A DNA stretch of 24,000 nucleotides, from NCBI RefSeq assembly GCF_900141845.1, contig NZ_FQZB01000006.1:131165-155164 (forward strand). Reading direction: 5' to 3'. The notes beneath the pieces are model-generated. The model made no database searches. It saw only the letters and a list, made by a program, of their open reading frames with translations, and was not told the DNA's origin. The position numbers were made by a program, and so were the translations under genes. Below, in pieces: positions 9,228 through 16,835 of this stretch. Numbering within the stretch: position 1 is the first letter of the stretch; each line of letters begins with the position of its first letter. This DNA comes from Clostridium cavendishii DSM 21758. Lineage in GTDB: Bacteria > Bacillota > Clostridia > Clostridiales > Clostridiaceae.

Positions 9228-9266
9228 AAAGACTCCTTCCTACGAAATCCGTAAGAAGGAGTCTTT
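9228..9266 (-). terminator. Strong hairpin terminator at the end of the RADAR-like operon (copy B of the TACGAAATCCGTA hairpin)
   Basis: AAAGACTCCTTC-C-TACG-AAATC-CGTA-A-GAAGGAGTCTTT: perfect 12-bp outer stem plus 4-bp inner stem; T-rich 3' flank; 11 nt beyond the rdrB-like stop. Confidence 0.85.
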
Positions 9267-9277
9267 TAAATATATTC

Positions 9278-11938
9278 TTATTTTGAATACTTATTAAGCA
9301 CTTCGCATAAGTATTGATAATATTGAGTGTTAGAAAGCTTATTATCTATAAACGAAGTTTCCATACCTGACTTTCTTAACTTTTCAATCCACTCTAAAGC
9401 CTTTTCTTTACCAAACCCTTTATTAAGCATTCCATAATACATGTATGCATATTCATTACTGATATTTGTGTTAAAAATTAAAGGATTATCTGAATTGATA
9501 TTTATAAGTACATTATTTTCTTCAAAGCCTTCAACATTATTTATATTGTAAGCTTGGCTGTCAAATACAGCATCTAATTCTCCTATACTAGTATTCGAAC
9601 TTGGATTTATTTCAACTACTATTCCTTTAGTTGAAAGTTCATTTACCAATTCTCTTTTTACTTCATTAATTATTTCCTTTTGAATGTTATTTGATTGTAC
9701 ATAAATAGGCTCACTAATCTTATCTAAATAGCATTTACAATTATATGCATGAGTTATTTTTTCTGCATTCCAAATAGAACTTTGATGTTTTTCTATTTTT
9801 ACGCAAAGAACCTCATTATTATTTTCAATCAAGTTTTCAGCTGATTTTTTATAGTTTTCATTTTTTTGAAATTTATTAAATCTTAATTGGTAAGCTTCAT
9901 ATAACATAGGAATATTTATTCCATTCATGTTTTTAAATATATCCTTTGCCAATGAATATATTTCTCTTTCTAAAAACAGATTAACTGCCACATTTTTAGA
10001 AATAGAATTTGTGTATACTCCCCATACCCATAACAAGTTATCAAGATATTCTCCTCTAGGAAGTATTACTACCGTATTTGCATTTACCCACTTATTTGGA
10101 TCAATTCCTAGAGCTATAGCATGCCCTATTCTATCACCAGAATGAAACTTACAAAAGGTTACAACTTCATGTATTCTTCTTAACCCTGATAATATATGTC
10201 TAAACTCTTCACCGGCGTGGAAGGTATAGCATAGACTTTTATATCTTACACTACTTCCATCTTTTCCTTGCTTAATTAGTGAATCAATAGAACTATCTCT
10301 AGCCCTTTTGTATATAGGTGCAAATACCTGTACCGGAGTGTTATTTTCAAGATTTGCAGCATCTATTCCTAATATAAAGTATGAGAGATATGGTGATTCA
10401 TTTCTTAGATTCAATAAATTTTGAATCAAAACATCATAATCTTCTTGAATCTTTTTAAAAGAAATTTCACTTGGGTTACTTTTACCATCAAAAGCAAGCC
10501 AACATTTTTCATCTCCATCTTCATCTTTTCTTTTAATTAAATGAAATACTAATCCGATCCTAGGAAAATCAACATTACTATCTTCATTTGTAGAATATTC
10601 ATCATCTATAACCTTTTTATAAGCTGAAAGTATACTTAGTAAATTTTTTTTAAAATCACTTTCATTTTTAGATATACTAAACCTTAATTCTAATCTTTTT
10701 AAATACTCATTTTGAAATAAAGTTCTAAACAATAGTTCATAATATGCTTCATCGCTTAATCCACTGCTGCCCAAAAATTTAGTTGCTCTATCAAAAAAGT
10801 TTGAGAAATTATCCAATCCTTTTATAGTTGAACTTTGAACCACTTGTTGATAAAATTCATTTTTAATCCTAATATATTTTAATAAAATTTTAAATAAAAA
10901 TGGTTCTTTTGTTTCTTCATATTTTGTAAAAGCCTTCATTAAAAATACATTCTCACCATAAGTATTGATTCCTTTGCATTCAGTAAATATCCTAAACACA
11001 ATATCTTCTTTTTTATCATTATCTTTTATCTGATATTGTTTGTTTAAGTCTTCCAACAATTTAAGCAATTCAATATTAGTAATCTCTTTTTCTTGTCCAC
11101 TCACTACTAATAATATATTTTTAATATTTTTTAACTCACCTTTGCAATACTCCTCTATTGTTATATCTGAGTCATTTTGATATTTCATATAAAACATAAC
11201 TATATTCCTATATATAGCTGCTAATATGAAATATCTGTGAGGATTTTCTTTGAATTCTCCTTCTCCATTTTTAAAGTACTTAACTTTTTTAATATTTTTC
11301 GCTTTTATCCTTTGATTCATAAGCTGTTCCCAAAGCAATATAAAGTTAAACCCAGAATTAGCATGTAAATGATTTTCAGCTACACCTTTCACAAGTAAAT
11401 CATCTAACTGAGAATCTGCCAAGCTTATATCTGAATAATAGCCATCCAATTCTCTAAAATCAACAATGTTATTTTTAATCATATATAATATTGTAAATAA
11501 ATCCATAGAAATTATTGAATTTATATTACGAAACACTTCAATTTTCTTATACTCTTCATAAGGCCCTATAAATTCATCATCCAAATTATTTTTCCAATAC
11601 TTGTACACTATCTTTCCATTTCTGTGAGATATCAAAGTAGTAGTAAATTTTCTTAAATTTTCATAATAGCATTCATAAACTTTGTCTTCATTAATTTCTC
11701 TTTCTCTTAAAAATGGATAATACTTATTAAGAATTAAATAAACCTCATCCAAGTTTTTTATTTCAGATGTTTCACTTATTTTATAAACTAATTCTTCCAA
11801 TAAAAAACTTTTATTTTTCTTCTCACTAGGATCAGCTATTTTTAAAAATGTATCTTCTTCAAAAAAGAACAAATCTTTAAATGGTATCAATGCAACATTT
11901 AAAATTTCTCTAATTTTAGTATTCATTTGCATCTGCAT
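9278..11938 (-). CDS. rdrB: RADAR-type divergent adenosine deaminase (RdrB-like), 886 aa
   Basis: Adenosine-deaminase metal-dependent hydrolase motifs in order: 'AENHLHANSG' (HxH), 'YTFHAGEEF' (HAGE), 'HSGDRIGHAIALG' (RIGH), 'NSDNPLIFNT' (S-D-x-P). Very large for an ADA, and directly follows an RdrA-like ATPase. Confidence 0.88.
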   Translation of the reverse strand: MQMQMNTKIREILNVALIPFKDLFFFEEDTFLKIADPSEKKNKSFLLEELVYKISETSEIKNLDEVYLILNKYYPFLREREINEDKVYECYYENLRKFTTTLISHRNGKIVYKYWKNNLDDEFIGPYEEYKKIEVFRNINSIISMDLFTILYMIKNNIVDFRELDGYYSDISLADSQLDDLLVKGVAENHLHANSGFNFILLWEQLMNQRIKAKNIKKVKYFKNGEGEFKENPHRYFILAAIYRNIVMFYMKYQNDSDITIEEYCKGELKNIKNILLVVSGQEKEITNIELLKLLEDLNKQYQIKDNDKKEDIVFRIFTECKGINTYGENVFLMKAFTKYEETKEPFLFKILLKYIRIKNEFYQQVVQSSTIKGLDNFSNFFDRATKFLGSSGLSDEAYYELLFRTLFQNEYLKRLELRFSISKNESDFKKNLLSILSAYKKVIDDEYSTNEDSNVDFPRIGLVFHLIKRKDEDGDEKCWLAFDGKSNPSEISFKKIQEDYDVLIQNLLNLRNESPYLSYFILGIDAANLENNTPVQVFAPIYKRARDSSIDSLIKQGKDGSSVRYKSLCYTFHAGEEFRHILSGLRRIHEVVTFCKFHSGDRIGHAIALGIDPNKWVNANTVVILPRGEYLDNLLWVWGVYTNSISKNVAVNLFLEREIYSLAKDIFKNMNGINIPMLYEAYQLRFNKFQKNENYKKSAENLIENNNEVLCVKIEKHQSSIWNAEKITHAYNCKCYLDKISEPIYVQSNNIQKEIINEVKRELVNELSTKGIVVEINPSSNTSIGELDAVFDSQAYNINNVEGFEENNVLININSDNPLIFNTNISNEYAYMYYGMLNKGFGKEKALEWIEKLRKSGMETSFIDNKLSNTQYYQYLCEVLNKYSK

Positions 11939-14735
11939 TGTCCTCTTCTTCAGGTAATTCTAAATCAAATTCTTTATAGAATAATTCTTCCTCAGCTTTT
12001 GCTTTCTTAAATGCTTCCTCTAAAGCTTTTTTCATTGAATTCTTTTTTTGCTCTAAATTTATAATCATTTCTGTTTCAGCTGAATTAACATTTCTATATT
12101 TAATATACTCTTGGATAATAAAATTAAATACAGGTTCTTCTATATCTAAATAAGCTTCTTTCTGTAATGTTTCAAGTAAATTTCTCGCTTCAATAACACC
12201 ATACCAAGCTGTACTCTTATAACCAAGATAACGAAGTTTTTCAACAATTTTTATGTAATCACCAATTGAAACTTTCTCTTTTTCACTTCCATCTTCAACT
12301 ATTATACTTTTAATAAATTCATGTGTTTTTCTATATACTGTTTTAGAATTATATTCAACATTATAAAATTTTCTAAATTCTTCTTTGAAATTTTCATCAT
12401 TTATATCTATAATATTAATCATCCCAACAACTACATCTATTTTTTTGTGAACTTCATCTCTTAACAGTTCATCAATCTTTGTTTTATTATTTTTTACATT
12501 TTGATTATTATCTAATTTCTTTAAAATTTTTATTATAGATTTAGATTCATTATCTAAGTTCTTCAAGTCTTGATCATTATTAACCACTATAATATTGTTT
12601 TTATACTTTTCCTTATTTATATAATTATAAAATAATTGTTTTTTATAGTTTTCATAAACTTTATATGCTTTATTATTTTTTTCATCTTTTTTTTCTGGGT
12701 TTTGCAATAATTGAATCTGATTTTCTGTATATTCTATATTCATCTCATAATCTTTACCTTTTAAAAAACTATATTGATTCAATATTTTTTCAATCTTTTC
12801 ATTCTCAATAGGCTCTCTTGATACTGAATCTAGAAATTCTATTATATGTTTATACTTTTCTCTATCTAAATACCAATTTTTAATCATGTCTCCATTATCA
12901 TAATCTAAAATTAAATTACATAAAATCAAATAAATTTGACGTTTTTCTTTAACACTTAAATCTTTAACTTTTTCATCATCTATTTTAATAATATTTTTTA
13001 GCTTTTCCATGAAAAATAAGGCAAACTTAAAATCAGTATTAAAAATTATCTGATCAATCCAATCATTAATTATTGGATTTTTATCTTTCATAAAATCTTT
13101 AAATTTTTCATTATTAAAGTTTACTTTATCAACATCTACATTTAAAATATTTTCACCTATATTAAATTTATATAAATAGAAAAAATATTTTTTAGCCTCT
13201 TCATATCCTACAACATTTGCTTTTGGCAATAACTCTTTAGTTGTTTGTAATAATATAAAGAAAGTTATATATCTATTTATATACTTTCTCTTTTCTTCTT
13301 TATTATTATCTTCTTTATCATCTTTCTTTCCTTTATCTTTATCAGAATTTAATTCATTTTTAAAACTGTTACTTAGCTTCTTTGTAAAAAGTCTTTTAAA
13401 ATCTATTATTGTATTTTCCTCATTTGATCCCCATTTGATATGCTTTTCATAAATCTTACTTTGATCTTTTATTAAGTCACTTGAAGAATATATAATTGTA
13501 TCTATTAACGATTTAATAAATACAAATCTTTTTTCATCATCTACAAATTCCTCTTTATCATATTTACTTAAATAATAAAATACATTTATTAAACCTCTTG
13601 GTGTTTTATCAAAAATTACATATGGTATTTCCGAGAAAATCTCGTCACTTTTTTTATTTTTCCTCTTAAATATATTGTCTTCACCCATCAAATCATCTAG
13701 TTTTTTATGCAAATATATCGTTTCATTTCCACTTTTATCAACTTGAAATGAAAAATTAGGTATACTCTTAAAATTCCATTTTATAACATTATGCCTAAAT
13801 GCAGGTGGTAACACCTTTTTTAAATATTCATGTGCTAAATATTTTTTTCTACTAATTAAATTATGTTTACTATCAAATAATTCATTATTTTCTACAAGGC
13901 TTGTTGTTGCTAACTTTTCATTTTCTAATAATGCTAAAGTTATAGATTCACTTAATATTTCATAATCTCCAGATAAAAAACATATTATATTAGGATGGCA
14001 AGTATAAGCCATTACTGCATCTATCAATTCTCTACATTTATTTGTTTTTAAATCGATATCATCTATTGTTATAATAATTAATGGCTCTTCACCTTTATTT
14101 AAGTTTCTTTTTACACTAATTAATTCTTCTACGAAAGAATGTAATTTATTGTTAAATTCATAATCAGGTGCTAAAATATAAGAATATTTCTCCTTATAAG
14201 TTTCCATATCACTATAATTTTTCATTATTAAATTACGATATTCAGCATCTTTATAACAATAATATTCTAGAACTTCATTATAACTTCTACTTAACTCATT
14301 ACTTTCTTTAAACCTACATTGATTAAAAAAATCTGAGAACTCTTTATTATCAATTTCATTTTTTTCTATTTCATTTTCTAGAGCTTGCATTTCTTTTTTC
14401 AAAACACCTAATATTGCTCCTAGTATCTTTGTACTATCTCCATATATATCTGGTTCTATTATTGGAAGAACGATATCTTTATTTCCTTCAGCTTCTAAAC
14501 TATTTAAAATAGTATACATAGTTGAAGTTTTTCCTGTTCCCCTTTCGCCAAATAATCCAATAGTATTATTGTATTGCTTCTTACTACTATTATCTCTTTT
14601 TCTATTTATTAACTTTGCTTGTCCTCTTATTTCTTCAATTTGATTGATTATATTATCATATGTAGGAACTATTAATTTAACTTGTACATCACTTAAAGCT
14701 CTGGCGCCTATAAAAACTCCATTTTTATTTTTCAT
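11916..14735 (-). CDS. rdrA: RADAR-type P-loop ATPase (RdrA-like), 939 aa
   Basis: Walker A 'GERGTGKT' (14526..14549), Walker B 'LIIITIDDIDL', KAP/AAA-like layout; overlaps the RdrB-like gene by 23 nt; RBS GGAAGG before ATG. Confidence 0.87.
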   Translation of the reverse strand: MKNKNGVFIGARALSDVQVKLIVPTYDNIINQIEEIRGQAKLINRKRDNSSKKQYNNTIGLFGERGTGKTSTMYTILNSLEAEGNKDIVLPIIEPDIYGDSTKILGAILGVLKKEMQALENEIEKNEIDNKEFSDFFNQCRFKESNELSRSYNEVLEYYCYKDAEYRNLIMKNYSDMETYKEKYSYILAPDYEFNNKLHSFVEELISVKRNLNKGEEPLIIITIDDIDLKTNKCRELIDAVMAYTCHPNIICFLSGDYEILSESITLALLENEKLATTSLVENNELFDSKHNLISRKKYLAHEYLKKVLPPAFRHNVIKWNFKSIPNFSFQVDKSGNETIYLHKKLDDLMGEDNIFKRKNKKSDEIFSEIPYVIFDKTPRGLINVFYYLSKYDKEEFVDDEKRFVFIKSLIDTIIYSSSDLIKDQSKIYEKHIKWGSNEENTIIDFKRLFTKKLSNSFKNELNSDKDKGKKDDKEDNNKEEKRKYINRYITFFILLQTTKELLPKANVVGYEEAKKYFFYLYKFNIGENILNVDVDKVNFNNEKFKDFMKDKNPIINDWIDQIIFNTDFKFALFFMEKLKNIIKIDDEKVKDLSVKEKRQIYLILCNLILDYDNGDMIKNWYLDREKYKHIIEFLDSVSREPIENEKIEKILNQYSFLKGKDYEMNIEYTENQIQLLQNPEKKDEKNNKAYKVYENYKKQLFYNYINKEKYKNNIIVVNNDQDLKNLDNESKSIIKILKKLDNNQNVKNNKTKIDELLRDEVHKKIDVVVGMINIIDINDENFKEEFRKFYNVEYNSKTVYRKTHEFIKSIIVEDGSEKEKVSIGDYIKIVEKLRYLGYKSTAWYGVIEARNLLETLQKEAYLDIEEPVFNFIIQEYIKYRNVNSAETEMIINLEQKKNSMKKALEEAFKKAKAEEELFYKEFDLELPEEEDNADANEY

Positions 14736-14776
14736 TTTTTCTTTCCTTCCAATTTTTAAAATTTGTTATCTTATAA

Positions 14777-15262
14777 TTATTTAGTTTTTTCATTTTTTTG
14801 TTCTATATGTTTATTCCAATTATCAACGTCAGCTTTAGAAATATTTTTTATTATCTGAAGCACTTCATCATCATAATTCTTTTTCTCACTAGATTCGCTA
14901 CATTTAATTAATATTTCCATCAATCCATCACCAATATTTTCAACTGCTTGTCTATATCTTAGCCAAGATAATTTATAATTTTTTAAATATGATACTGAAA
15001 TTAAAATATTTATTAATACTGCTATAGCTGAGTTTATAATCTTTGTATTATCATTAAAAACATTCACTAATGGTATTATTGCGGTAAGAATTATTATACT
15101 AATATTAAATAAATTATACCTAGCTCTCCCCCCGTCAGCTTTATTTATATACCATTCCAACTTATAAAATGCTATATCGGATGTCATTTTTGTAATATAT
15201 TCTTTATTAGTTAAATCATCTAATATATTCTTATAAAAATTCAGCTCTGATGATTGCTTCAT
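14777..15262 (-). CDS. rdrD: SLATT / DUF4231-like small membrane protein (RdrD-like RADAR accessory), 161 aa
   Basis: 'YKLEWYINKADGGRARYNLFNISIIILTAIIPLVNVF', a second TM 'IINSAIAVLINILISVSYL', then 'YKLSWLRYRQAVENI', matching the SLATT/DUF4231 pattern; 41 nt upstream of rdrA-like; RBS AAAAAGGAG. Confidence 0.8.
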   Translation of the reverse strand: MKQSSELNFYKNILDDLTNKEYITKMTSDIAFYKLEWYINKADGGRARYNLFNISIIILTAIIPLVNVFNDNTKIINSAIAVLINILISVSYLKNYKLSWLRYRQAVENIGDGLMEILIKCSESSEKKNYDDEVLQIIKNISKADVDNWNKHIEQKNEKTK

Positions 15263-15346
15263 TATTTTTATCTCCTTTTTTATCTAGTAATAATTTATAA
15301 ATATAATATAAAAACTTCTTTTATTTACTTATTATTACACTATTAT

Positions 15347-15375
15347 TTTATCACATATTTTCTCTTTTTCTACAA
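15347..15375 (-). promoter_or_regulatory. Candidate sigma-A promoter for the RADAR-like operon
   Basis: Minus strand TTGTAG - 17 nt - GATAAA with an upstream TGTG (extended -10-like), about 85 nt from the start codon at 15262. Confidence 0.4.
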
Positions 15376-15606
15376 TTTTAGATATTCATATACAACATTA
15401 TTACTTTATAGGCTCTTATGAATTCTTAAAATATAATAGAATAATTATATCTACTGGATCTGTAAAGCACTTAATCTAAAAAACATATTAATCTATTTTG
15501 AATATCTTTATATCTCAACATATTTTATTAATATTTTTAGAGTATTTTTCAATAAATTTAGATAAGCTTTTAAAATATAAAATTTTATAAAAACAATATT
15601 GTCCTG

Positions 15607-15629
15607 TTATATGAATTTCTGTCATATAA
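15607..15629. repeat. Inverted repeat in the divergent intergenic region
   Basis: TTATATGA-ATTTCTG-TCATATAA, 8-bp arms, 7-nt spacer. Confidence 0.4.
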
Positions 15630-15717
15630 TCATATAGATGATTCTGTTATTGGTGAAATTCTAATAATCTTTATAGTATACACTGCTGTCTAATTATTAG
15701 TAAATTTTACAATATGA

Positions 15718-15745
15718 TTGTAATGATATATACTTTTATTATAAT
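15718..15745 (+). promoter_or_regulatory. Candidate sigma-A promoter for the plus-strand 333-aa ORF
   Basis: TTGTAA - 16 nt - TATAAT upstream of RBS AAAGGAG and the TTG start at 15795. Confidence 0.5.
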
Positions 15746-15794
15746 CAAACTTATAATTTTATTAATACTATAATTGTTGAAAGGAGTATTACTC

Positions 15795-16796
15795 TTGAAA
15801 AATCAAATACAAACACTACCAATAATTAAGTTAAGAAATATATCATATCCAGAAAGGTCATTAACTTTATTTATATCAGTATTTTCAAATTTTCACTTAA
15901 GTGAAATCTTTTCTCTAAGAGATACATATCCAAATACTAATATAAATATTTTCATAAATGAAAATAAACTTATGTTTTTATATAAAAATTCTATTGAATT
16001 TTTTTCATCTCTTAATACTCAAAAGATTAATATTATTTTCTCTAATAGCGTTAAATCGGACATGCTTTTTATTGATGAAAGAATTAGTATTCCTTTAGTA
16101 TATATTAATAAAACAATACATCTAAATACGGGTAAAGTTATAGAAACAACTTTATCGGATATCTCTACATCAAGCTGTAATACATTAAAAGGACTTTTTA
16201 CACACTCTGATAACTCATATATAAGTATTGTAAATAATTTAACAGTATTAGAAATTAACTCTATTATAGATTACATAAATTATTCTGATATTCAGTTAAC
16301 CTCTAATGATATTCTTCAATTTAGTAATTTTGACAATTCAACTATTAATCTTATTTCTGTTTTATCAAACATTGAGGAACCTTTAAATTATAATGATGTA
16401 GGTTTACTTCTTACCGAAGGTGATAAAAAACCAGGTGCCTATAAAAAATATGGTGAGAATCAATCTAAAACTGGAGAACTTCTTGAGCTAGTTTCTATTA
16501 ATTCATCTGTTCCCAAAACTGTGTCTTTAACTCCATTAGGAGAAGCTCTTCTTAATGTTAATAAAGAAGTTTTTGATAATATTATTTTCTTTGAAATTTT
16601 GAAATGTAACCTTCTTAAACACTTAATTTCATTATGTAAGTTTAATTGCCAAGTTAATGTTAAAGAAATATGTGTACCTACTATTTCAGAGAAAACTTAT
16701 TTACGTAGAAGATCTAATATCAAATATCTTGTTAATCTTTTAAAAGCTAAAAATATTGAATCTTTAAACATTCTTTTAGATAAATTATCTTTTTAA
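15795..16796 (+). CDS. Uncharacterised protein (333 aa) with winged-helix-like C-terminal region (the track starts it at 15774, 340 aa)
   Basis: AAAGGAG ends at 15786, 8 nt before TTG 15795 (MKNQIQTLPIIK...), so the track's TTG at 15774 overlaps the RBS side. C-terminus: 'NDVGLLLTEGDKKPGAYKKYGENQSKTGELLELV...VSLTPLGEALL' and 'SEKTYLRRRSNIKYLVNLL', similar to wHTH tails of restriction-type proteins. Confidence 0.8.
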   Translation: MKNQIQTLPIIKLRNISYPERSLTLFISVFSNFHLSEIFSLRDTYPNTNINIFINENKLMFLYKNSIEFFSSLNTQKINIIFSNSVKSDMLFIDERISIPLVYINKTIHLNTGKVIETTLSDISTSSCNTLKGLFTHSDNSYISIVNNLTVLEINSIIDYINYSDIQLTSNDILQFSNFDNSTINLISVLSNIEEPLNYNDVGLLLTEGDKKPGAYKKYGENQSKTGELLELVSINSSVPKTVSLTPLGEALLNVNKEVFDNIIFFEILKCNLLKHLISLCKFNCQVNVKEICVPTISEKTYLRRRSNIKYLVNLLKAKNIESLNILLDKLSF

Positions 16797-16799
16797 GTT

Positions 16800-16835
16800 A
16801 AAAAAATGAGCAACGTAAATGTTGCTCATTTTTTT
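16800..16835. terminator. Bidirectional terminator between convergent genes
   Basis: AAAAAAATGAGCAAC-GTAAAT-GTTGCTCATTTTTTT: perfect 15-bp palindrome with 6-nt loop; stop codons of both convergent genes abut or overlap it. Confidence 0.95.

Noticed and set aside
9927-10145. Plus-strand ORF of 72 aa
   Set aside because: Antisense to the RdrB-like gene, whose ADA motifs make the minus strand clearly coding.
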